Shown here piece by piece: positions 12,087-23,263 of a DNA stretch of 64,000 nt (its first letter is position 1; each line of letters opens with the position of its first letter). The DNA is from Macrostomum hystrix (lineage: Eukaryota; Animalia; Platyhelminthes). The notes below the pieces were generated by a model. That model ran no database searches, had not been told where the DNA came from, and was given only the letters and a program-made list of their open reading frames with translations. The stretch is taken from assembly GCA_950097015.1 (NCBI GenBank), contig CATNEN010000007.1, forward strand, positions 4,588,001 through 4,652,000. Reading direction: 5' to 3'. The position numbers and the translations under genes are program-made.

Positions 12087-12505
12087 ATGATGGGCGTTTG
12101 GACACTCGCGCTGGTCAGTGCCGCTCTGCTGGCCTCAGCTCACAGCTCTCCAGTTGACTCACAGCGTGAGTGCCTCAGCCCAAGCCTAGCTTGGCATTGC
12201 AATTTTTGTTCTCCCATCACTGTGGAATCCCGAAACCTCTTGCAGATCAGCGCGCGGACGTGATGGATTCCTCCGACCATAGCGAACTACTCAACCAGGA
12301 GAAGCGCTACGCCGACTTTAAGAAGCGCTACGCCGATTTTAGGAAGCGCTACGCCGATTTTAAGCGCTACACCGACTTCGGGAAGCGCTACGCCGATTTT
12401 AGGAAGCGCTACGCCGACTTTAAGCGCTACACCGAATTCGGGAAGCGCTACGCCGATTTTAGGAAGCGCTACGCCGACTTTAAGCGCAACGGCGACGACG
12501 AGTGA
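12087..12505 (+). CDS. Neuropeptide precursor (exons 12087-12165 and 12246-12505)
   Basis: Exon 1 encodes signal peptide MMGVWTLALVSAALLASAHS. A phase-1 GTGAGT...TTGCAG intron joins in frame to KR-flanked YADF(K/R) x7, YTDFG and YTEFG, followed by an acidic tail NGDDE. Confidence 0.87.
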
Positions 12506-12781
12506 GGACCTAGGATTGACAGAACATTTTAACAGGTCCTGACTCAAGTGATCACAATTTAGCAGACCCGATGGCAAATGCAAAATATAAACTTGAAAGC
12601 TGAGCCGAACTTCAGGGGCATTGTACTGAGTTTCATTATGAGCACGGCCGAGGCCTTCTCTGACTCTTCTGACGCTCTCGCTTATAAAATGCAATCTAAA
12701 GTAAACGCTTGTCTGGTCACTTTGTTGATAAACTTAAACAGTTCCAAAGCCAGTATAAACTTTATAGTACAGTGAGATTAT

Positions 12782-13250
12782 CAGGTTGGTTGGTGTTGAG
12801 TGGGGTTGGTGTGGAGTGAGGTTGGTGTTGAGTGGGGTTGGTGTGGAGTGAGGTTGGTGTTGAGTGGGGTTGGAGTGGAGTGAGAGTGGTGTGGAGTGAG
12901 GTTGGTGTGGAGTGGGGTTGGTGTGGAGTGAGGTTGGTGTTGAGTGGGGTTGGTGTGGAGTGAGAGTGGTGTGGAGTGGGGTTGGTGTGGAGTGGGGTTG
13001 GTGTGGAGTGAGGTTGGTGTTGAGTGGGGTTGGAGTGGAGTGAGAGTGGTGTGGAGTGAGGTTGGTGTGGAGTGGGGTTGGTGTGGAGTGGGGTTGGTGT
13101 GGAGTGAGAGTGGTGTGGAGTGGGGTTGGTGTGGAGTGAGGTTGATGTTGAGTGGGGTTGGTGTGGAGTGAGAGTGGTGTGGAGTGAGGTTGGTGTGGAG
13201 TGAGGTTGGTGTGGATTGAGGTTGGTGTGGAGTGAGGCTGGTGTGGCGTT
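12782..13250. repeat. G/T-rich minisatellite (about 15-bp units)
   Basis: GGTGTGGAGTGAGGTT / GGTGTGGAGTGGGGTT variants. Confidence 0.9.
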
Positions 13251-14930
13251 AGGTTAGCATGTGATCTTGATCTGTGTAGTGAGTTTGATCTTGAGTATCA
13301 CATTGATTCGGTGTCCCAATGATTTTCTTTAGAACCAGTTGACGCACCAAACTGGTAAAATCGAATGGGCCAATTCTGCTACTCACAAGTAGCAAAACGC
13401 GACAACAGCGGCTGAAAATACTTCCTCACTCCTACAAAGAAGCTAGTCGCGTTCCGAGAGAAGAAATAAGAATTGAAGCGACCAAGAAAGAGCGAGTGGG
13501 GCCATTGCAGGCCAGGAGCGCAACAGCTGCGCATTTGTAGTAAAAAACCGCAGCAGGCCCGCCAAGCACACTTCAGCTGCCGCATCCGCCACCAGCTGAC
13601 CCGTTTCGCTACGCAGCCAGCGCTTCTAACAGGGCTAAAATTAGGCATCTCAGAGCCTCCCCCTCCAGTGAGTGACAGCTTTGACGCTCGCAGTAGCGTG
13701 ATTGAGCTGTTCCATTACTGACGGAGCTCACCAGAAAGCAGGAGGTACTACTGAGGTGCTGCAGGAACGTTAGAATTCCGGCCCAGAGGGTCAATTAAAG
13801 TCACTGTTTTGCTACAAAACATCGCAGCTTGCCGGGAGGAATTTATTTTTTTCTGTCGCAAATCTTGCTACAGCTGGGCAGAGCGAGTGCGAGTTTGTTT
13901 TCATTCCATGAAAAAGCAAGGCTGTAATTCGACATTTCGTAGATCTAGTCGCGAATCGACTGTCTCGGGCTCGCACCGGGGCTTCTGCAGTTAAACAAGT
14001 TTCAGGGCTGGAGCAGCCAGATGATGCTCGACTAGTCGGCCGGGATATTCTGGGATACAGCGATTTACAGGGAGCCACTGCTATCAGCTGGGTGGCAATC
14101 GGCGATATAGTTCGCTGGAAAATTGCCCTAAATATTGGGATTTTATTTCTTCAGCTACGCTAACCGTTCGCCTCCGCGATTCCTGCTTATCCCATCCGAT
14201 CCTCTCTGACCTTTCCACCGCGCGGCCTAGTTGAGGGGCCTGAGGGGAAGATGGGGGACTTGACTAAATTTACAACGAGCTGCTGCTGCTGCTGCGTAGG
14301 GAAAGCATAGAGAATGTAAGCGACTGGAGGGAGGCTGGCCAGGTTGCGGGATCGTTCAGCCCGCCGATGATGGCAAAGTTAGAACGCATTGAGGAACTGC
14401 ATAAACAATGCTGGAAACTGGAACGGCGAAACTGCGAAGCCCAGATCCCGATTTTCCTCGCTCTCCCCACTCCTTTGCGAGTTCGCCTGGCTTTCGTGCG
14501 ACCAGGGAGAGAGGAGGGAAGGGAGAGGAGGCGGATGGGGAGAAAGTCCGCTGCTAGGAAAAAGAGCGGATGAGGAGATGCGGGAGGCCAGCACAGCTGC
14601 GCGGAGGCATGGCAAGGCGATGGAGGGCCAGCGGCAGCAGCGGCAGGGCTGCCTTGGCTCACTGCCAGGACTTTGCAGAATCCATCAGCTGGTTGGGAGC
14701 CTGGGTCGCTGCGCACTTTGGTGGCAGGCCAGCTGTTGCTGGGGGACTGGTGTATGTAGGTGGGGTTAGGAACAGAAACTGGAAAGCTTTGGCCTGCTTG
14801 CAGTTGGAGATCGCTTCAATCAGTTTAGGGACTGACTGCTTTTTCTTCGCCAATGTCCTACCTGGTTTTGTGCCTTCACTCGACAGAAACACGGGTTCGA
14901 TCACTTCGCATTTCATTACCACCGCGGCGG

Positions 14931-15580
14931 ACTAGCAACTTACTGCTGCAGCTAGCAACTTACTGCTGCAGCTAGCAACTTACTGCTGATGGTAGCAACT
15001 TACTGCTGCAGCTAGCAACTTACTGCTGCAGCTAGCAACTTACTGCTGATGGTAGCAACTTACTGCTGCAGCTAGCAACTTACTGCTGATGGTAGCAACT
15101 TACTGCTGCAGCTAGCAACTTACTGCTGATGGTAGCAACTTACTGCTGCAGCTAGCAACTTACTGCTGATGGTAGCAACTTACTGCTGCAGCTAGCAACT
15201 TACTGCTGATGGTAGCAACTTACTGCTGCAGCTAGCAACTTACTGCTGATGGTAGCAACTTACTGCTGCAGCTAGCAACTTACTGCTGATGGTAGCAACT
15301 TACTGCTGCAGCTAGCAACTTACTGCTGATGGTAGCAACTTACTGCTGCAGCTAGCAACTTACTGCTGATGGTAGCAACTTACTGCTGCAGCTAGCAACT
15401 TACTGCTGATGGTAGCAACTTACTGCTGCAGCTAGCAACTTACTGCTGATGGTAGCAACTTACTGCTGCAGCTAGCAACTTACTGCTGATGGTAGCAACT
15501 TACTGCTGCAGCTAGCAACTTACTGCTGCAGCTAGCAACTTACTGCTGATGGTAGCAACTTACTGCTGCAGCTAGCAACT
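14931..15580. repeat. 20-bp minisatellite with A/B alternation (40-bp higher-order unit)
   Basis: GCTAGCAACTTACTGCTGAT alternates with GGTAGCAACTTACTGCTGCA. Confidence 0.95.
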
Positions 15581-17500
15581 TGTTTCAACATGAAATAAAT
15601 AACAGAAGAGATTTTAGTTTCGCGCTCCCGCCAAAAGTGCCATGATTTCTGAATCCATCTGAACAGCACATTATTACACATGAAACAGAACAATAGCAGC
15701 AAAGCCCTATAAAAAATAGCAACTCAGCTTTGCCAAGCGAACATTTTGCGCAATGCAGCACTTAAGATTCCTAAGAATGCAAGGTCAGCCAATGACGGCG
15801 CTGAGTGGTCAACTGGTTCAGTGCAACCCCTGATTTGCTCATTTAAAGACCATTTGATAGGAAAATAGTTCAGAGTCATGAAGCAGACACTAACACAGAC
15901 TGACTCTGAGCTGAGTTATGCAAACATGATTTTACTGCTCAACTCAAGCTGATGTTGCACATACTGGGAAAAATACGGTGAAAGAAAACAGCAATGGACT
16001 AAATCAAATTAAGGCGGCAAACACTTTTGTTGAGGTGATGAAGGACAATAAAAAATGAGCAGCGGAGTCATTCGGGGCATGCGGGTGGAGGAAATAAAAA
16101 TCTCACTCATTCTGTTTTCGGATCGGAGCAACGGCAGTCCACAGCAAGCAGCTGAGCAGTTCTCTCTGTGAGGAGCTTGGATCCAATGGAAGATCAACTC
16201 ACCAAACTGCTCAGGTCAGTGCTCATCTAACCCGAGTTCTCAGCTCAAGCTGAAATTTCGCTCTTCCAAGGATTCCCGCTACTCTGCGAACCTCCTAGCA
16301 AAATTAGAAACGGACAATCTGATTGCAAAGTAAATCTAACGAAACGGGTGCAACTTCAGTGAAAGGAAAATGTTGAAAAATTAGCGAAATTGCGGAAGAA
16401 ATTACAATACAATCAAGCCTCCAGCCCAAGAGGAAGACAATTATTTTAACAAAAAGTGCATAAATAAGTAAACAAACAAAATAGACAAATTGGTCGGCTT
16501 TGATGCAGCGGAATTGAATCTGGAGGAGACTCAAATCGATGAGATTGCAAGTCAACCTGACGAAAACTTTTTGTATGACAGAATGACACCAGCTGCGATT
16601 TCTGTGGCCTCCATTCGAGCTGTTGACAGCACCAACCGCTACAGTCTCTACTAATCCAACGGCTTTTTGCCAGAATTTTTAGTGTCACGCTGTCACTTTG
16701 ACAGCCAGTTTGGTGGCCTCTCAAACGAGTGCATCGATGACAGGCGACTAATGAGGCGAAAAAAGTCGAGGCAGCGTGAGAGAGTGGGCGAGAAAAATTT
16801 AGAGCGAAAATTCGATTCAAAAGCGCAATAAACGGTGAGCTAAGAGTACATACACCAGGGCTACTTGTACCGGACAAGCGTCGATGACGTCAGCATGCTA
16901 GCAGAGGCGAGGCAGAAAAGCGACAGCAGAGGAGAGCGATGGTAGCAATGACCGCAATGGCGAGCATGCATTGTTTAATGTGCTCAGAGCTGTCTCCGGC
17001 ACGGCGGATTTTCCACATTCAAATCGCTGAGTCATGGAATTTTATGTACAACGAGTTGGGTTGATCGATAGTTTCAGGGATGGTGGGGAAAAGCGATAAA
17101 AAGGGAAAACGAACGAGAAGAAAAAATTGCCCTGGTCACGTTTATAACTGGAAGAAGCACCATTTTGCTTGTGTGACAGAAAGGTCACCACCAGGAGTCC
17201 TCAGCAAGCAGAAAAAGGAGCGCACAAAAGTCGTGCTCCGCTTGCCCGAGGCCCGGTGGCGACAGAAAGTCAGTGACAAAAAAGTTTCTGAAAAAGCAGA
17301 AAGTCGTTGCGTGCAGAAAAAAGCGCCGGCCACAGAGAGGCATCGGAGGCGAGAAAGTGTCGCCGAGGCTGCGTTGCGTCGTCCGCGATGCGTAGAAAGT
17401 GAGAAAAACTCTGAAAAAGCAGAACATCGACTAGCGGCTCAGCCGGCACTTTCTCGTTCGCTTCCCCCGTCTCTCTCTGTGTGAGGCCAGCTGGCTCGCA

Positions 17501-19490
17501 TCAAATGGAGCCCTGAAAGTCGGTTCGAAACGACGGCAGATCGATGTCAGCCGCCAAAAGGAGGTCGGCTTCCTTCAGGCTGGACAAGAGGCCGTCAACG
17601 CTCGTGTCGGAGGCGTCAGTGTCCATCTGGCACGGACCGCCATCTGGAGGAGTTGGAAGGAGGCATTCTTGCTGGCATCGAGAGACCGTTGGGCTAATGA
17701 TATCCCAGACACTGGAACATGTGTCAGAGCATCACACCGATACTTGAATGGGTGTCAGACTTGAATGGGTATCAGACTTGAATGGGTGTCAGACTTGAAT
17801 GGGTGTCACACTTGAATGGGTGTCACACTTGAATGGGTGTCACACTTGAATGGGTGTCACACTTGAATGGGTGTCACTCTTGAATGGGTGTCAGACTTGA
17901 ATGGGTGTCACACTTGAATGGGTGTCACACTTGAATGGGTGTCAGACTTGAATGGGTGTCACACTTGAATGGGTGTCACACTTGAATGGGTATCAGACTT
18001 GAATGGGTGTCACACTTGAATGGGTGTCACACTTGAATGGGTGTCACACTTGAATGGGTGTCACACTTGAATGGGTATCAGACTTGAATGGGTGTCAGAC
18101 TTGAATGGGTGTCACACTTGAATGAGTGTCAGAGCATCACACCGATACTTCCATGCATCCGATACACCGATACATCCCATGGTAAACCCAAAGCTTTGTA
18201 CAGAAGAATTCGAGTAGTTTGCCGAAGTAAGCTTCACTCACCGAGCTCTAACAGCGGCGGCGTTGCCACAGACTCTGGCGCCAGTCCTGAGTCCGAGGAC
18301 TCCTGCCTGCGGTGATCGATGCCGAACACGCACTGGAGCGTTGGATCAGAGGCGACTCCACCGCTGCCACTGCTGCCTCCACTGTGATGGTGCTGCTTTA
18401 ACATCTCCTGCCGCATCAGCTGCTCCTGATGCAGCGAACGGTGGAAATAAATTCAAGAATAAGAAAACTGCAGACTCAAACAGAAAACACGGCTCAAAAG
18501 TGTCCACTCACATTCCTGGTGGCCATCTCCAGTTTGCGCCGCAGCTGCTCCTTCTGGGCGGTCAAGCAGCTCAGCTTACGGTGAGCGTTGCACCTGGCCA
18601 GGTAGTCCAGGTGCAGGCGGCAGACCTCGCTGGCTGACTGACCCCAGCCCGACTGCAGCTGGCGCGGAATGCGTGGGTCGTACCAACTGGTCGACTTGCT
18701 GTTGTGGTCCACAAAGTAGATCTTGTTCTCGTCGTTGAAGGCCATCTCCCAGCCGGCTGGCAGAGGGTGGATTTCGAACTCGGGCGGGCATGCGGGCGAC
18801 TCAGTGAACCTGCAGGCAAGACAAAAAGGAAAGCATGGAAACCGTATCGGAGTTTCAGTTTCTTTAATAATAGTTCACTTACGGCTCCCGCATGCCAGCG
18901 TCGGTAACGCTGGTCTGACGTTGCTGATGGTAGAAGGTCTGCTGACCGAGGCTAAATTGCTGCTGCTGCTGTTGCTGCATTGCCGCAGCCGCAGCCGCCG
19001 CAGCAGCCGCAGCAGCCTGGTTGGATATCTTGGCAGGAGAGGAATGAGCTCGCGTGTGTGATACGGAGGCCGCACCAGCAGCTGCAGAGTTAAAGGACAT
19101 TGCGGCAGCGTCGGTCCGCTGCATTAGCACGTTCGAGCCCGTTTCCATAGCAACTGACGATACAACGGCTGCAACAGCCGGCTGAAAAGAATTCCGCTGC
19201 ATCGGGGCCACCCCGGAGGCGCTGCGAAAGTGGCACCCCCCGATTGGGGGCGACACGCTCGGCTGCAGCACCACCGACTGGGGACTCGGGTCGAAAAAGG
19301 ATCGCGGCAGCTTCCTGTCCTTCAGTGGTTTGGCTGACGAAAGGGAGCAAGAGGGATCGTCGACTACCCTGAACATTTCTTCAAGGCTTTTGCTTGAGTC
19401 CTCTCTTGTGTGCACTTGGATATGGCCAGCATTGGCGGTGCTGGAACAGCCTCCACCGAGTTCCTCAGAGTACTGAGGAGGAAGCGCCAT
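17501..19490 (-). CDS. yap: Yorkie/YAP transcriptional co-activator (exons 19490-18883, 18809-18512, 18425-18242, 17643-17501)
   Basis: TEAD-binding segment (VHTREDS...LEEMF...RKLPRSFFDP), HTRAHSSPA (S127-type 14-3-3 site), one WW domain (LPAGWEM...YFVDHNSKSTSWYDPR), a coiled-coil segment, HRRQESSDSGL phosphodegron and an acidic C-terminus. Intron phases 2, 0, 1 are consistent. Confidence 0.92.
17752..18135. repeat. 17-bp minisatellite in YAP intron 3
   Basis: Unit ACTTGAATGGGTGTCAC/G, bracketed by a direct repeat GTGTCAGAGCATCACACCGATACTT. Confidence 0.95.
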
Positions 19491-20324
19491 TTTGCGTCTG
19501 CGAAAATAAAGATCTGACCGCTGGAGCGAACGGTGCGACTTTTAAATAACCCGCGGCTTTTGACGAACGTATTATAACAAAGGTGTGTTATTTATAATGT
19601 TGAATTAGCATGGTATAAAAACTTATTACACAAAAATGCAAAATGCTGCTAATTTTTTTTATATCCTGTTTGCTTTCTAGTACAAAATAAAAGCATTTTT
19701 TTATTTTCACCGAAAAAATCACGCCACAAGCATTACAATAAGCGGCTTGATTTTTTAACCTTCCTTCAGACAATCTTTCGAATCAACACAGCTTTCTGTG
19801 AAGGAAAAATATGATCAGAAAAATGGGAGCAGTGAGAGAACAAAAAATGAAAAAATTAAATTGGCTGGCTAAAGCCTTAGTGAGAATTATTTCAATAATG
19901 AATTGTCAATAAATTATCAATAATTATTTTAGCAATACATAAAGCTTAATTTATTACTGTAATTTTTTAATTTGCAGTAAAGAATAGAATGCCATCTACA
20001 AGAACCAAACATTAGTATAAATTTTATCCATTTTTTTTATTTGTCAAACATATTTTGTTTAACCTTTAAACTTTATTTATTAGATAGTCATTTTATTATC
20101 AAAACGTACATTACAAAATATACCATAGAAAAAAAGAAAACGAAAAAAGAGAATCAGAAAATTTATCTTTAAATGATATATGAATATGATTCATTTAAAA
20201 ATATTTGTGCTAAACAAGATGTACATGCCCTATATAGTGCGAACAATACACTAATACCTACGAGAATTGACACAAAAGTTATCATATCACTGCTGACAAC
20301 AGCTAAGCTAAAATAGTTGTAGAG

Positions 20325-21060
20325 GATGGACACCCAGTAGCAGATGATGGACACCGAATAGCTGAGAATGGACACCCAGTAGCAGAGGACGGACACCCAG
20401 TAGCAGAGGATGGACACTCGGTAGCAGCTGATGGACACCCAGTAGCAGATGATGGACACCCAGTAGCATATGATGGACACCGAATAGCTGAGGATAGACA
20501 CCCAGTAGCAGAGGATGGACACCCAGTAGCAGAGGATGGACACCCAGTAGCAGATGGTGGACACCCAGTAGCAGATGATGGACACCCAGTAGCAGAGGAT
20601 GGACACCCAGTAGCAGATGGTGGACACCCAGTAGCAGATGATGGACACCCAGTAGCAGAGGATGGACACCCAGTAGCAGATGATGGACACCGAATAGCTG
20701 AGGATGGACACCCAGTAGCAGAGGATGGACACCGAATAGCTGAGGATAGACACCCAGTAGCAGATGGTGGACACCCAGTAGCAGATGGTGTACACCCAGT
20801 AGCAGATGGTGGACACCCAGTAGCAGATGATGGACACCCAGTAGCAGAGGATGGACACCCAGTAGCAGATGATGGACACCGAATAGCTGAGGATGGACAC
20901 CCAGTAGCAGAGGATGGACACCGAATAGCTGAGGATGGACACCCAGTAGCAGATGGTGGACACCCAGTAGCAGATGGTGGACACCCAGTAGCAGATGGTG
21001 GACACCCAGTAGCAGATGGTGGACACCCAGTAGCAGATGGTGGACACCCAGTAGCAGATA
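20325..21060. repeat. 21-bp minisatellite
   Basis: Unit GGACACCCAGTAGCAGATGGT and variants. Confidence 0.95.
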
Positions 21061-21699
21061 TAAGACAGTTCCAATTTTGTTGAGAATCAGTTTTCACGTC
21101 AGTTGTCATGAAGCTTATTACTCGCTAAACTATTTTAATTGGGAGGCGTAATTTTGCGTCCGCTGAGATGAGGCGTGAATGTGGCTCACCTGTGGCTAAT
21201 CTAAAGTTAGCAACAAACAAACGTGACGAACAAACATTCTACCCAGATGACGCACTTGCTTCAAGACATTTCGATGAAAAGGTTAAACAATAGGTGGGCC
21301 AGTCTGGGTGAGAGATTGAGAACTACAATTCTCAGAAATCTGCTGCTCATGAAGCAATCTTCTCACCATAGATGATGAGCCGGGAATTCCGAAATTATGT
21401 ACAGCCACGTCGTGTAATTACTGTTTTCCATAGTTTAAAATAAGCTTTTTGAGTTCTGTTGTTGGAATTCATTTTACTCGTACTTAAAAGCATTAAAATG
21501 GCACATTGTATATACATTTCCAGGAAATTTGTGCGGTAATGAAACTGCTACCTGTGAAAAATTATAGGTGGAAAATATCCATGACATAATCAATTTCACG
21601 ATATAGACTTCAGAACTGTCATAATAGCTTTTCAGTTGAACCGTTTTTTAATTCCAAACACTTTCTTTTTCGCGACAAAATAGGTTGTTTTAAGTTTTA

Positions 21700-21780
21700 A
21701 GATGAGTACCTGAGGTGTCAGATGAGTACCTGAGGTGTCAGATGAGTACCTGAGGTGTCAGCTGAGTACCTGATATGTCA
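21700..21780. repeat. 20-bp tandem repeat, about 4 copies
   Basis: GATGAGTACCTGAGGTGTCA. Confidence 0.85.
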
Positions 21781-21951
21781 TAGGAGCTCGTACGTCTTTT
21801 GATTTGTCAAAGCGCCGGACATTGTCAACGGGGTGGACTTTTCACTCGCTGGCTCTGAAGCGCGCCATCCGACGCTGCCCTCATCTGTTACTTGTTGTTT
21901 TATCTCTACACTGCAGGAATAGGGTTAGGCCATAGACAGAAGCAGTCGGAA

Positions 21952-22280
21952 GGGGCCGTGGCAGAGCGGTTTAACGCGTTTCGAACCAAGTTCCCTAAAC
22001 TCGATTCTGCAGCGAGGCCGCATTCATTTGGGGTGCAGCAGCCGAGAGAAGGTTTGCTGGCCTGTCGTGCAATTCGCGCCCCCCTTTAGGGCCAACCTCC
22101 AAGGCACACTGAAAGTGTATACTGCCCGACAATGTAAAAGTCACACCTGTGTGAGCGTGTGCCTGCGTACAGTATCTGTGCGTGTGTGCTCAGGAGTCAG
22201 CGGAATGGGCAGAACCGCATCCTCACTGGCTGCGAGTCTAGTGTCACCAAACGATGTGCCAATGCCTGTAACCCTTCTAT
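21952..22280 (+). mobile_element. SINE family 1 copy
   Basis: GTGGCAGAGCGG A box, CTCGATTC B-box remnant, body shared with the 754 copy. Confidence 0.75.
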
Positions 22281-22365
22281 AGTTTTTTTTATTCTCGGCG
22301 GTGAAATCTCAGGTAGCAATGAACATTTGTTTCTCGGCCTTCCTAGTAGCCGCGACGGCACCCGC

Positions 22366-22663
22366 CTAGCAGACATCGAGCTGGCCGCCGCTGTCAGCCT
22401 GCTGCCCATCACCACGCCTGGGACCTGCGATTGCAGGGAGCCGCTTGATGCCTCGGGCGACCGCGCCCTGACTTTTCATCGCGGAGTCGAGCGGTTCCGG
22501 TGGCATGACGAGCTCAATGCGCGAATCCGTTGACCAGCTGGGTGAAGCTGGCTTCCCGGCGGTCCTGGAGCTCGCTGGCCTGTCCGGGAGCGACTCCTGC
22601 CTGTTCGAGGGCGTCACTGTGGTGGCACGAGCGGGATCTGCCGTTGGCCTGGGCGCCTGTCCG
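22366..22663 (-). CDS. Candidate terminal exon of an unidentified minus-strand gene
   Basis: GC-rich open frame after a TTTTCAG acceptor, TAG stop at 22366 and AATAAA about 75 nt downstream. No family recognised. Confidence 0.35.
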
Positions 22664-23174
22664 CTGAAAAAATTTTGACTTATTTTCACAGACCTTCACT
22701 TCTATAAAGTTGTGAAGTATAAGAAATGTTAACTAAAAACATCCTATTTTGTTTCATTCCTTTAAAAAAAATTAAGAGAAGATCACTTAAAACGATAATT
22801 AAGAAAACTCCCATACTTAGCTTGCTCAAACTTTATGCACATGTCTCCAGAATTTTCTATTCTAGCACCTGCAAAAGCAGGAATCAGACCCCGAAAATAG
22901 AATCAAAGGGGCAGGATAGGAATGGAAATTCCTTCCAACACAGCCGCAGGACTGCAGCTCAAACTTCTTCGCCATTGGATAGAAGGATTCATTATTGTTG
23001 TTATTAAACGAAAACAGCTGGACCACACTAGCACTGTCCTTCGAAAACTGAGTAGCCATTAGTAGGTGCTAACCCGCCTGAGCTCTGTGTGCGAGATCTG
23101 AACTGAAAACTGGAAGCTTGCCAACAACACTTGGAATTACCGACGGGTTAACCGACACCCCGACAAGGAATTCT

Positions 23175-23182
23175 TATAAATA
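23175..23182 (+). promoter_or_regulatory. TATA box of the secreted helical protein gene
   Basis: TATAAATA about 90 nt upstream of the ATG at 23264. Confidence 0.55.
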
Positions 23183-23263
23183 GCAGCCATCCTGTATGGC
23201 TAGCCAACACCAACCCGAAAGCCTGAGCCAGAAACTGCAGCCCCGAACAGAGAAGCTCGAGCC

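Noticed and set aside
13910-14160. Retroviral protease-like words (RTGAS, LVGRDIL)
   Set aside because: The catalytic Asp is absent, the motif spacing is far too short, and there are no other pol domains.
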